Positions 37,695 through 50,033 of a DNA stretch of 64,000 nucleotides are shown here, piece by piece. This stretch comes from Podarcis muralis. Its lineage: Eukaryota. Under the pieces are notes generated by a model. The model did no database searches and had not been told where the DNA came from. It was given only the letters and a program-made list of their open reading frames with translations. Within the stretch, counting starts at the first letter, position 1; the number at the start of each line of letters is the position of its first letter. Both the position numbers and the translations under genes were made by a program. The stretch spans positions 77,376,001 through 77,440,000 of the forward strand of contig NC_135661.1 in NCBI RefSeq assembly GCF_964188315.1. The letters are read 5' to 3'.

Positions 37695-37903
37695 CAGCGT
37701 CACCTCGGGTTAAGAACTTAATTCCTTCTGGAGGAATTCTTAACCTGAAACTGTTCTTAACCTGAGGTAACACTTTAGCTAATGGGGCTTCCCGCCGCCA
37801 CGCAATTTCTGTTCTCAACCTGAAGCAAAGTTCTTAACCCGAGGTACTATTTCTGAGTTAGTGGAGTCTGTAACCTGAAGCGTCTGTACCCGAGGTATCA
37901 CTG
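37695..37903. mobile_element. Tc1/mariner-type MITE
   Basis: Same family as 1703-1933; TA flanks. Confidence 0.8.
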
Positions 37904-39279
37904 TACTTCCCTCACGTCTTCAGGGGAAAGTCACTGCGGTCAGCTGGAGAAGTAATTTACAGCAGCAAGCATAACCTTGCGACCCATTGCGTGCTTGAAA
38001 AACACCTGACTTTCCCAGTTAGTTTATGACTAACACGTCTTGTTTTTACAAGCAGGTTGTATATACATTACATACACTTTAAAACACACACACCAACACA
38101 CACACTAATACAAGGCATTGAAAACAAGGAAGAATGGCAGGATTTTATCTGGGGGTGTATGTGTAAGAGGATGAACACCCATTTACCTACAGACATGGGG
38201 CAGAGAAGCATTCTGCTCTGGCTGCAAAGAGGTGGGGTGTGTTCCCTATCCCCGAATCCACTCTGCCGCAGTCCTGCAAACATAGAAGCATCCTGAATCA
38301 TTTTAACTTTGCAGAGAGCTGGTGCTCTGGCCTGGACATTTTTATGGTTAGAGGCGCCATTGAGGCTGCTTCCTGACTGTAGCTATTTTTGGGTTGGAAA
38401 TCCAGGACTGTCCCTGGAAAATAGGGACATTTGGAGTGTCTGCAGTTGTTGGAGGATTGCGGCTCCCATCAGCCCCAGTCAGCATGGCCAAGGATGATGG
38501 GAATTGTAGTCCAGCAACATTTGGAGGGCCAAAGGTCCCCCACCTCTGAGTTAGAGGTAAATCCCATTCAGTTCCATGGGACTTGCCCCCTGAGAAAGGG
38601 ATGTTAGATTGCAGACTTAGCCATCTTTCTCACTCCTTATTACCAGGTTTTCAATGGGATGATCAGACTTCACAGGTCAGCTCAGGGTGTGAATCTGCAA
38701 TTCCCACGCTCTGTCTCCCACCTTCCAAATCCTATCTCTGAATAAGGAACGGTGGGGTGGAAATACCAGGACTTTTGGCATCTCTTGACCCATTGTTCTT
38801 GAAGCAAAGGCACATGCACTCTAATGGCAGCGTAATGGCCATAGGATAGCTGAAAGAAGACCAAAATAGCAAAGGAGACTTTGGACTCATTTGGCAGCTT
38901 TCTGCAAACATTTGTTCACGGCAAACACTGGCACCTCTCATAAATAGCACCATTCTGACAGAAGGACAAGCTGTAAAAATTAGGAGAACACAGCTAACCG
39001 GGGATAACCAGAGTTCACAGGCAACAGAAAGTGTGCACACCCTTTTTAAGAACTGGGGATCTCCTAATTCCTACCCACACACCACGTTATTTGAAAAGGA
39101 AAAGTCATCATGATACATGATCAGCAAGAGATCACAAGCAAGGCCAGTTTGTCAATTGGATGGATGATCCATTCTCCCCCCCCCCCCAAAGTACAGCCAA
39201 ATGGCCCACTAGCAGACCACTGGCTAGGAATGAAGGGTGTGAGATTTATATGCTCGGTCAGACTATTTGCCCATCTAGT

Positions 39280-39854
39280 TGTCAGGAGCCAGAGTCAAGA
39301 GTCGGTGAGCAAGAAACACACCAGTGTCAGTGAAGTTAACTCTGTATTAAAAAAAAAACCCCAAAACAGCTCAGGCCTAGTGATGGCAGCAACTCTACCC
39401 AGTAGGTCTTGTGGGGACTGAAGGTCCCTAAACTTTCATAGCTTTCTAAAACTCCTCCCCTGGTTCCAACAACCTGAAGCTCTTGTGTCATGTCTCTCTT
39501 TGCTCCACCCTCTTCATTCCTTTTCATGTGCTGGAACACCAGGGGGGGAGAGGAGATGGTCGCAGCAGGAGGGGGAGACTCCCTGGATTCTTCAGCAGCT
39601 TGCCTCATCTCTGTCTCCTGCCCCCCTCCTCTCCTGCCTCTGATTCTGGACTGCTCTCTGCCAGAGTCTCTTCCTGCTCACTAAACCCTGTTGCCTTTTC
39701 AGCTTCTGACACTTCCTCCTCCCAGTCTGCTCCATCTTCTCCCTGTGACCAGGCATCGTTGTCCCGCTACCACTCCCTGGGCTCTGAGTCCTCTCCCCCT
39801 GGGGGTTTCTTAGCTGTTGCCTCCCACTCCTCTGCCTCGAGCCAATCCATGAAT
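39280..39854 (-). mobile_element. Solo-LTR-like repeat related to 8974-9477
   Basis: Plus-strand ends TGTCA...TGAAT, flanked by ctagt/ccagt. The minus strand reads MDWLEAEEWEA...EEEVSEAE (acidic pseudo-ORF). Confidence 0.5.
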
Positions 39855-41367
39855 CCAGTCTACTACTATCACATACACCAGAGATGAAGGGCCTCAGACC
39901 CAACAAGCAGATGCAGACCACCAGCCCTTGCCATATGGCCCTTGGGACTCTCTCTAGGCCCAGAATGACATCCCCTGGTCTGGTTCTGCTTTGCACACAC
40001 CTCTTGATCATTTTTGCCTGGCTCAAATGCAGTCTCGAACTCTGCTAACGTCTCTTGCTTCCCAGGGTGGAGAACAGAGAGAGGCATGGGAGTGCATGTG
40101 AAACAAGCCAACTGGGCATGGGTAAAGTTCAATTACTCCGCCCGCTTTTCCCTCTGGCCCTGCCCACCACCAACACATGGCCCCCAAAAGATTGTCTGTA
40201 AGGGAATATGGCCCTCGGGCTTAAAATGTTCCCCAACCCCTAATTGGGCTGGGAAAGATCCTCACCTGAAAGCTATTGCCTATCAGAGTGGAAAACAACA
40301 GTGAGCTAGATGGGCCCAATGATCTGGCTTGGTATAAGGCAGCTAGGACCAGCTCAAGGCATTTTGCTGCCTGAGGCAAAGGACAGTATGATGCTCCTGT
40401 ATTCAAAGCCCACCAGACCGCAATGGGACAATGCTGTTCCCTGAGGGTGGGCAACCTAGCTTGGGGGCGGGGCAAAGAAGGCCATGTACCAAGCTCAGTT
40501 TTATCTTCAACACCTTTCTAACACTTGCTGCCCCAGCAACATTCACCACTTGAGGCAGGGGTCTCATTACGCCTAATAGTAGGACCGGCCCTGAAAGCAT
40601 CTTCCCATGTTCCTTACATCAAACAAAGCATCAGTGTCTGTTAAGTGAGCACTTTCAGCTAGCCAGCTATCCAAAACAAGATTCAGCTGTCAGGGTGATT
40701 GGCTTCTGGCCATGGAATGGGGAAGGTTACAAGGTGTGTACACTTGAACTTATGGCCTGTCTGTTGACCACACGTGTGCACTCAATGTGCAAATCTGAGT
40801 GGAATGGAACCTTTCGCACCAAGTCAGACTGTGCATCCATTTAAAATGTGAGTACACCTTCAACTCTTAGGCCCAATTAAGGCTATGCCACACCAGAAAG
40901 TAGGAAGAAAATGGTTTATTACAAGGAAGAGGCAGGGTATATACCTTGCTTTTCATGGCAAGGTTACAGATATGCAGGCAGCAAATAGTTGTTAAGCACA
41001 CACCCACCCCTTCATTCTACGGAGTAAAGAAAACCTGGAGAGTGATCACAGCAACTTTTCACGGACTCAGGCTAAGAGAAAGAAAAATAAGGGATGGGAG
41101 GGGTATACCTGATCTAGGAGCAAGCAGAGCGTGAAGTCAGGGATTTGAGATCTGTGCCTTCTGCGAGTGTTAAGCTCTCCCCCTCAGAATCCTATGCCAC
41201 CAAGGAACAAGATCTCTTTCCTGTTCTTTTGTCTGTGTGCATATAAATATTAGTGGGGGGTGGGGTGGGGGACGACGACAAGGAAAAGCATTGTATTAGG
41301 GAACAGTGCTTTGCAAAACATTTTTTTCCATATTAACTAGGAAGAATTGTATACCAAAATTGATATA

Positions 41368-41593
41368 CAGTGGTACCTTGGGTTACATATGCTTCAGGTT
41401 ACACACTCCGCTAACCCAGAAATAGTGCTTCAGGTTAAGAACTTTGCTTCAGGATAAGAACAGAAATCGGGCTCCGGTGGTGCGGCGGCAGCAGGAGGCC
41501 CCAGTAGCTAAAGTGGTGCTTCAGGTTAAGAACAGTTTCAGGTTAAGAACGGACCTCTGGAATGAATTAAGTACTTAACCCGAGGTACCACTG
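41368..41593. mobile_element. Tc1/mariner-type MITE
   Basis: TA|CAGTGGTACC...GGTACCACTG|TA. Confidence 0.85.
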
Positions 41594-44535
41594 TATTAGA
41601 AATTTGCATTAAACTGCTGCTGAGTTTTCATGAAGATTAAAAAACAACAACTAATGTGGAGTAGTGAATTTAGGATTGGAAAAAACGAGACCTAGGGGGA
41701 GGGGGGAAACCCTGATACTGACAGTCACTCAAATAAAGTGGCACAGTATCCCCTGGTGATTTTATGTATAATATAGCATCAGCAGTAAACAAAGGAAAGA
41801 TTGCCATCTAGCGAGCTCCAGAAACCCTTGCACATGGCAAAACAAACTTTTGCAAAACTTACAAACAGGGTTGGGTAGCTACCCTTTTCTGTACCGAGGC
41901 TTCTATGGCTGATATATATAAAGAAGTCGTTTTCCTTGTAGCTAAAACAGGGTATGCAACGAAATGTTGCAGTATGAAGCTCTGCTATTTAGGATTACAA
42001 GAACTCCATTCCCTCCCCACGCTGAATTTCCCATTCCCTAACCCACTCATTTAGCAAAACATGGCTGCCAAGCCTTCTCAGTACCCATTGTGCTATTTTA
42101 CCGGTTTCTCCTCCCCTTTGTCGCTACCCCCACAAAGATTTGTTCTGCAAACCAAGGGGTTTGACGCCCTGTGCACTGGCGGTGTCATTCAGACTTCATA
42201 AGCAACACCACACACAGGGTCAACATCAGGAGGAGGAGAAATGGCAGTGCTATAGGACAAGGGAGAGAAGTCCTCTTGCACACCTGCATTTAAAGCATTG
42301 GACACTAGTGATGACCTAAGCTTGACGCAGAATCACAACTTGCTGTGGAATTGATGGAAATGGGAGTTACGTTTTTCACCAGGAGAATTTGCTGAGGTGT
42401 CCCCGTCTAAGCTACCCAGCAGCAGGAAAGCCCTGTAACATGGAACTTTCTGCTTTACTTTTTGGTAACTAGGAACACAAGCCCACTGGATCAGGCCAAT
42501 GGTAAGCACTAAAACTATACATCTCAAATGTCAAACAGCAGTGTAAGGAGGTGCGTCTTCAGAATTTGATGGAAATCATACGGTGAAGGAGCCAGATGAA
42601 TGTCTGCGGGGAGGCAGTTCCACAATTTAGAGGATGCCACATAGAAGGCCCTTTGCTGGGCGGCACCCCCCCCCCCCAAAGCTTTCAAGGCAGTCAAGCT
42701 AACAAGAGGGCCTCCTCTGTGAATCTCACCACCCGAGGGGGTCTGTGGAGAAGGACGTGATCCCTCAGATGTTCCCTGTGTTGCACACTGCCTCTTTGTT
42801 TGCTTCACAAGAGTCTCCTTGACCCCAAGGATACAATGAACAAGTCACAAAGGCAGCATATGCAGAAAAATAGAAAAATTTATTGGTTAGACATGCCCTT
42901 TACATTGTAAAAACATAGATGGTACAGAAATATATTTTCCTTGCTGGTCAAACTAATAAGCAATTGCCCTGGGTTATGACTCACGATACGGAGATTGCTA
43001 ACTTGAAAATCAATTATTACTTTCAAAAAGTACATGAGATGGTCAATGCAATTTGATAGCTGGCACGCTACGATAATGGCTCACAATCTACTGAACAGTG
43101 TAACATCAGAGGAAGATTGCTACTGCCTGCACCTGTGATCAAGACGCACCAGAACTCGCACTCACACACAACTTTATTTAATACAAGATGACTCTTATAA
43201 AGAATAAATCTGCTCACAGGCGATGCAGTCCCGGGTCTGCAATGTTAGAACTAGTCACTTCTGAAGTTAAGGTAACAAGCCGAATGGAGTTACAGAAAGT
43301 GCACCTGAAGCTTGCATTTGCAAAGTGATTCCCACAGGAGAGGCAGTTTGCGTCATTTAAAGGGCTGCTTCTCCTTCCAGCTTCACACAATCAAAACCCT
43401 GTGCTTTGGCAGAGTCGCCGCACAATCTTCACATTCCTGGCTCCAATCCATCGTGTTGTGGTCTGCCTCCCACTAGATTCCTTTCTGTTAAATGCATTTA
43501 AAGCCAAGTCAGAATCAAACACAGTCTCTGTGAGTTATGATCTCTCCCAGCACTCCCAGATGTAGCCATTTGAGGAGGAGAGATCCTGCAAAGAAAGGGA
43601 GATAGTGATGGTACTTCTCTGCATTCCATCCTGCAATCACAGTCAACTGGAAAACTGTCTAGCCAGTTTGGTACCCTGTCCGCAGTTACGGCTGAACTAG
43701 GATTTGTCACTGTCATGTGACGTGCCCTTCAGATTGTTGTTTCTCCTGTTGCAAATAGCTGGTGAGCCATATCAAAGCCATGGCATGGGTGGAAAACGAC
43801 TTTCATCCACGGACCTGATCAGAATTGCACCCATGTGTACCATGATTGTGATTTGCAAAGGAAGGAATGATCCCATTGATACTACATCCAGTCTGACCTT
43901 CTGTGGGTGCTCTATAATGCTTCGAAATCTTCAGGGTTCTATTGTCCTGGCTACAGGAGGATAACAAAGTGATTGCACTCACCATCAGTGATTTGGGTCA
44001 AAAATGTTTCCACTTCATCAGTTCATTAGCAACAGTGGATGCCAACTGCAAATATGGCATTAGGGAAGCCTGACTTCTAATCAATGTTTTTAGCTATGTT
44101 TATGAAACACAAATAAAAGCAAGCATGCTGAATTCAATGACTCAAGGGGCTCAGGAAATTTTCCAATGCCAACTGAATTAATTTGCATTGGGATTTTTTA
44201 AAACCTTTTGGCAATTTATTATTTTCCACAAAAAGTTGTATCACTGGACGTTGTATGTAGGATTCTGATAACAGTAACCCACCATAACTAGTAGAACTGC
44301 ACAAGATCTTTCCAGTTAGCATAGCACCATTCATGGAAGGCAGTTATATCAGCGGGTGCATCAGGGTTTTTGGATGGAACTGCCAACGTGAAGGTCATCC
44401 CACAAAGACTTTTGACTGCGTTTTCCTGGGTTAGCTGGACCTAAGTGACTAAGAAGCAGGACTGGTGGATAAAAGAGTGCGGGGAAAGGCACCTATGATC
44501 CCCAAGCACTTTTAAGGAGCTCTCTTGCTCCACCT

Positions 44536-45750
44536 TCAATCAAAAATAAATCCTGGTTCTGGAGGGTAGCCCTGAGACTCATCCTCCAAACCAAAGGCCC
44601 GTCCTAGGACCCTCTGGGCATCTTGTGCAAAGCTATCAAGGGCAGTGTGCAGCAGGTAATAGGCACCTACGAATGAGATGGCCCCAGCTACCATGTTGTC
44701 AAAAAGAGGCACTTTGTTCTTCACCACCCGGGCAGCCACTTGGCCGTACAAGGCGGCTTGGCTCAGGACGGCGTGCACGGCGTTCTCCGAAAGATCCTTC
44801 CCCAATGCTGAGCTCACCTGACTGGTCAGCTCATGGCGGGGCTTGGAGGCCACGAGGGCCAAGACGCCCAGGGACTCGTCGTCCAGGCCAAAACTCTTGC
44901 GGTAGGAGTGTAGGGTTTTCATGAGCATGGGGATGTTGAGGTGGAGGTTCTGGCCAGGCAAGGCCGAGACGGCGCAGGCCAGCAATGCCTTCTTCCAGAT
45001 GTGCTTGCGCAGCGATGCCTTCTTCTTCTCCACAGCTGCTGCCGTGACGCAAGGGAAGGAGAGCAGCAAGGCGTGTCTCTTGTGGCCTTCGAGCTCCTCG
45101 GCCAGAGTGTCTTGCAAGCGCTGGAAGTCAAACCGGTGCAGCTCGAAGCTGGAGACCAGGAAGACCTTGGGGGAATCCAGGCCTTCATTCCGCAGCTGGC
45201 GGAGACAGTCCGCCTCTATCGCCCGCAGCACCTGAGCCTCCTCAAAACGGGCTGGCCTTCGTCGCTGTGAAGCCTTCAGGTCCTGGTCCACCTTGGAGCG
45301 GACAAAGTAGAAACGCTTGCCCATGGAGCCCACGGCGCGGGCCAGCCTGACATGGTTCTCCCGGAACCGCTCCGAGGCGATGATGATGAAGAAATCGTAC
45401 CTCTCGAGACCCACCTGCTCCAGGTAGCGCTCCGCTTGGAAGCATGGGGTGCCGATGCCCGGCAGGTCCCACAGGAGGACGCTGGGCAGACGAGGGTGAG
45501 AGTACGATGTGGGTACGGCTGTGGTTTCGATGACACCGGTAGCGGCAGCACGGGGGTCTCCGTCGCTAAGTCCCAGCAGGGCGTTGATGAAGGTGGATTT
45601 GCCGGCTCCGGATTCGCCTGTCACAGCGATCTCTAGCTTGGTGGTCTCCAGGGAATCCAGGAGCGACTGGACCTGGCTGGACACCTCCAAGACCACACGG
45701 GATTGGATCACAGAGCCCATCTCTCTGAGGTCCATCTCCTGGATTTCCAT
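44536..45750 (-). CDS. IRGC: Immunity-related GTPase, IRGC-like (interferon-inducible GTPase 5-like), 404 aa, single coding exon
   Basis: G1 GESGAGKS, G3 WDLPG, G4 RSKVD, G5 FLVSS. The C-terminal YRKSFGLDDESL and VAGAISF..Y match IRGC as I recall it. Splice acceptor CAG at 45772-45774 and a strong Kozak ACCATGG at 45750, so the 12 upstream residues in the ORF track are not initiated from an ATG. AATAAA candidates at 44215, 43173 and 42879. Confidence 0.9.
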   Translation of the reverse strand: MEIQEMDLREMGSVIQSRVVLEVSSQVQSLLDSLETTKLEIAVTGESGAGKSTFINALLGLSDGDPRAAATGVIETTAVPTSYSHPRLPSVLLWDLPGIGTPCFQAERYLEQVGLERYDFFIIIASERFRENHVRLARAVGSMGKRFYFVRSKVDQDLKASQRRRPARFEEAQVLRAIEADCLRQLRNEGLDSPKVFLVSSFELHRFDFQRLQDTLAEELEGHKRHALLLSFPCVTAAAVEKKKASLRKHIWKKALLACAVSALPGQNLHLNIPMLMKTLHSYRKSFGLDDESLGVLALVASKPRHELTSQVSSALGKDLSENAVHAVLSQAALYGQVAARVVKNKVPLFDNMVAGAISFVGAYYLLHTALDSFAQDAQRVLGRAFGLEDESQGYPPEPGFIFD

Positions 45751-46257
45751 GGTGTCTTTGTGGCGGAGGCTCTGGTAGGAGCACAAGGGGGGGAAAAGAG
45801 AATCAGGGTTTTTGCTGTTCCAAGTCTGCTAGGTTCTTTGTTTCTACTTCTCCTGAATGCCACTGTCTAAATCGCTAATCCTTGGCACCCTTCCAAAATG
45901 AGTAAGGGAAGGAAATCCATAAATAGGGAAGGGTTTCGGCTTCCAAAGAGGACTGAGCTCCTGTTCCTTCAATTAGTTGTGCAGAAGAGGAAATGTTGGT
46001 TGGGGGCATTTGTCAGCCCAGAGTAAGAAAAACTGCACTTGGCAAAATTCCCTCCACACAACTCAACTCGGCTCATACAGCTGGTGCACCCTTTTCAAGC
46101 TTATTGTGATCGGGATGCTAGTCGGGACAGATCTTAGGCCTGATCCACCAGGGCTTTCCTTACATCTTCCATGGCCACCCAATGTGCAAATGGTGAACAC
46201 TTTTTTCAGGTAAGGCTGCAAAGCATGACCAGTTATGCTGTCACGGGGAGGGATGCC

Positions 46258-46442
46258 CAGTGGCATAGGAAGGGGGGGCGGTCCACCCTGGGTGCCACTC
46301 TGGGAGGGGTGACAAAATGGCCCCTGCCTCCCCCCCAGCTGTAGAGCAGCTGAGGGCGCCCACAGTCCATACGGTCGCCGCACATGAGCAGTTCGTACGG
46401 GCTGCGCCGCCCCAGGTGCTGGAGAGGGTTCCTCCGCCACTG
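46258..46442. mobile_element. hAT-type MITE in the IRG intron
   Basis: TIR CAGTGGC..AGGAA; perfect 8-bp TSD GGGATGCC at 46250-46257 and 46443-46450. Confidence 0.8.
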
Positions 46443-46994
46443 GGGATGCCAGCTATTTTTTGTTTAATTATGCCCAATACATTTCAAACAGTTGTTCTTT
46501 TTCAAAAACAGGTCGCAATACAGTCATACCTCGTGTTGCGAACGTGATCCGTGCGGGAGGCACGTTCGCAACCCGCAGTGTTCACAACCTGAAGCGCCGC
46601 ATCTGCGTGTGATGACATGAGTGTGATGTCATTTCGCGCTTCTGTGCATGTGCCAAAATCAGTACTTCCAGGTTCGGCATGGTCCGCAACCCGAAACCGC
46701 ACAACCCGCAGCATTCATAACCCGAGGTATGACCGTAGTTTGCGGGATGAAGTTACTTGTTCAGAAGCAGAAGAAAAGCTGTTTGAAAAGTGCTGGGATT
46801 GATTTAAAGCAAAACGAAACACCCCCAGCTACATCTCCTCCTAAACCCTCCTTTGCACTCTTCCTTGAGTGTTTATGCCTGGCTGGAATGTGTTCTTGAA
46901 CTCTGATTATGCCTCTTCCTTGGATGGAGAACACAGCAGGGTTCATGAGTGGATGTAGACATTAGCCTTCTCCACAATAGTAAGATTTACATTA

Positions 46995-47219
46995 CAGTGG
47001 TACCTTGGGTTTGTACTTAATTCGTTCTGGAGGTCCGTTCTTAATCTGAAACTGTTCTTAACCTGAAGCACCACTTTAGCTAATGGGGCCTCCTGCTGCT
47101 GTCGCGCCACGGGAGCACGATTTCTGTTCTCATCCTGAAGCAAAGTTCTTAACCCGAGGTAATATTTCTGGGTTAGCAGAGTCTGGAACCTGAAGCGTCT
47201 GTAACCCGAGGTACCACTG
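46995..47219. mobile_element. Tc1/mariner-type MITE
   Basis: TA|CAGTGGTACC...GGTACCACTG|TA. Confidence 0.85.
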
Positions 47220-47477
47220 TAATTGTTCTGCTAATGTTTTACTCTGGTCACACCCACCACTATCATGGGGCCCTCAGAAGCTTGCACAGAAGGCAATGTG
47301 GCCCTCGGCCCGCCCCTGACTTCCCTCTTTCTTTTCCTTGCCATTGATTCTATCCCACTTTTCCTTCCTGACAACTATCTAAATGAGTATTTTACTCTAG
47401 CCATTTTCAACATACCACTTAATATAAACATGTGCATCCCTCCAAATCAGGAAAAGAATCAGAAGCAGACTATTTTG

Positions 47478-47479
<2 letters not shown>

Positions 47480-47549
<70 letters not shown>

Positions 47550-47550
47550 T
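47480..47550. repeat. (ATT)n microsatellite
   Basis: Seen directly. Confidence 0.95.
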
Positions 47551-48319
47551 ACTAAGCTCTTCCATTCAAAGAGAGCATTCCAAGCACAGCACGTGCTTAA
47601 AACTACAGAATAATTAGAGGAAATCAATTAAATTAGAAAAACGCTACAAAAGTAAATGAGCAAGCTACAAGAATCTACAAAATAGCTGCCAGTAATAAGA
47701 ACAGTCTGCTGGATCAGGCCAAAGTCCCATCTAGTCCAGCACCCTGTTTTCACAGTGGCCAGCCAGGTTACGTTTTTATATTGTGATTTTATCTTGCAAA
47801 CCGCCCTGAAACTTGCAGGTATAGGGCAGTACACAGACTTAATTAATAATAATAATAATATTCAGAGGCATAGCTGCCTCTGGCAGTTAAGGCAGAGCCT
47901 AGCTATTGTGGTTAGTAGCCACTAATAGCCGCCTCCTCCTCCTCCATGAATTTCACTAATCCTTTTTTAAAGCCATCCAAGTTAATGGACATCACTGCCT
48001 CCCAAGGAAGTGAGTTCCAAAGCAGGGCCTGCTGCAACAGCAATCTCTCCACTAGTGATTCCCAACAGCAGATGACTAAGCAAGCAAATGTAGCTTTGAC
48101 TTAACATGAAAGATTCCTTCTGCACCCACAAATGCGGGACGGAGCCCCATGTCTCACCTCACCCAATCCAACAAGTTGTTAGCAAACCAAAAGAGAAACA
48201 AGACTCCCAGCTGCCGGCTTTCCCTTCTCTAACCACTAGAGCCCACCCTTCCCATATTCAGAAGGGTAGCCAACCCAGTGACTGTCTGCTGCAGCAAAAA
48301 AACAAGAGCCTTGTGACAC

Positions 48320-49260
48320 CCGGAAGTCGGCCACGGTTCGTTGTAGGAAAAGCTTAAGGATTCGAGGCCAGCTGGTCGGATGCTCGGGAAAGCTCCTACT
48401 GCAATCAATCTGCAGGCCTTCAAGGTGTCACCAGACTCTTCGCTCCTTCGAGTTTTCACCAAAGCGCAGCGCTTTTTTTGCAACCGGGCGGGTGGATGTG
48501 TGCGCTCCTTCGCGCCAGCTTTGAGCCCTCCTCTATACTCACAGAATTAATTTTCCAAACCAATTCCCTAAGGCGAAGCAGCCAGCAAGTGAGCAGCAGA
48601 CGTGGCGAACCGGAGGGGATCCTGCCGATCGTCTGTAGGTGGAAAGCAAAACAGAAACCATCACATGGGAAGAGGCGGAGCTGCCGGTGAAAGAAACGCG
48701 CTGGTTGGGACTGACAAAGCAGCAGGCTCTTTAAATAAGAAGAAAAGCCGGACTCGTCCTGAGTGGCTGCTGCAATTAATTCGCGCCCTGGTGACCCAGA
48801 TGCACCAGCCTGAGTCACATCGCAAAGCAGCCACTGCCCGGGGATCCGGGAAGCGTTGCGCGCAGAAAAGGTGATCCCAGGAACGGCCGGCGCACCGGAG
48901 AGGGAGGCGGAGCACGCGCTATCGGGGATTGTTGGGTCGCCTTCTGTGAATTTTTGCAAGCTGTCGAGAAGGGGGAGAGGGATGGAAAAGGGGGAAGGCG
49001 AAGCTGATTTACAAAAACGATCCACATTGGAAAAGTTATTATATTAACTAATGCATACTGATAGCAAAATGACTAGAATTAAAGCCATCACAGACCCCTC
49101 CAAAAAGTGAAATGAAATGTAGGTGTTCGGGGTTCCTCTGGGGAATTAAAAGGGAAACGGTCGTCATGCAATTTCCCTCTGCCCATTTCACGCCTCCTGA
49201 CTCTATAGTACAGTAATGCCATTTTCCACGCTCTATATGTCATACCAATTCCCTGAACCT
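48320..49260 (-). promoter_or_regulatory. CpG island; probable promoter and non-coding first exon of the IRGC-like gene
   Basis: CpG-dense. Minus-strand donor GTGAGT at 48537-48542; TATA-like aatataat near 49040; IRF-E-like motifs at 48641-48659, 49102-49119 and 49148-49158; GAS-like TTCCCTGAA at 49249-49257. Confidence 0.6.
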
Positions 49261-49359
49261 ACTTGACGATAACTCTTCCACAATTACGCAGTCTCCAAGG
49301 TGCTCAGGGAGAAGGGATGTTTGCAATTTCACAGTGGCTAGAAACATTTTTTCCAGCTT

Positions 49360-50033
49360 GGGATTTATTTATTTTTTTTAAAAATTCTGCACTTTAAAAG
49401 CCTTTCAGGTCCCTGTGACAATGCACAACAGTGCCTCTGGCATTTCCCTCACCACCTACCTGACCCAGAATGCTTGGCTTTGGCCATTGGCCCATTTGCA
49501 CCTGCCAGGTGAGGCAACAAGGAGGGGACAGGTGCAGATAAGATGGGAGCTGAGAGTGGTTCTCAAGCAATGCCTGCACAGTGAGTGGCAGGCAGGGACA
49601 GACCAGTGAGGGATCCTTCAGAGCACTGGGGTGCTTAACCTCGATAGCTGTCTGCTGGTCACTACATTGTTTTTATCTCCACTTCCCATTCAGAACAGGG
49701 ATTTATTTATTTTTTAAGAATTCTGCACTTTAAAAGCCTTTCAGGTCCCTGTGACAATGCACAACAGTGGCTCTGGCATTTCCCTCACCACCTACCTGAC
49801 CCAGAATGCTTGGCTTTGGCCATTGGCCCATTTGCACCTGCCAGGTGAGGCAACAAGGAGGGGACAGGTGCAGATAAGATGGGAGCTGAGAGTGGTTCTC
49901 AAGCAATGCCTGCACAGTGAGTGGCAGGCAGGGACAGACCAGTGAGGGATCCTTCAGAGCACTGGGGTGCTTAACCTCGATAGCTGTCTGCTGGTCACTA
50001 CATTGTTTTTATCTCCACTTCCCATTCAGAACA
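49360..50033. repeat. Direct tandem duplication, 2 x about 336 bp, near-identical
   Basis: 49360-49697 matches 49698-50033; the ORF track shows duplicated ORFs offset by 336. Confidence 0.95.

Noticed and set aside
42333-44334. Several 60-90 aa ORFs downstream of the IRG stop
   Set aside because: No recognisable domains and stops in all frames of candidate exons; best explained as 3' UTR or intergenic DNA with AATAAA sites.
44625-45784. Multiple overlapping ORFs across the IRG gene
   Set aside because: Alternative-frame and antisense by-products of a GC-rich coding exon.
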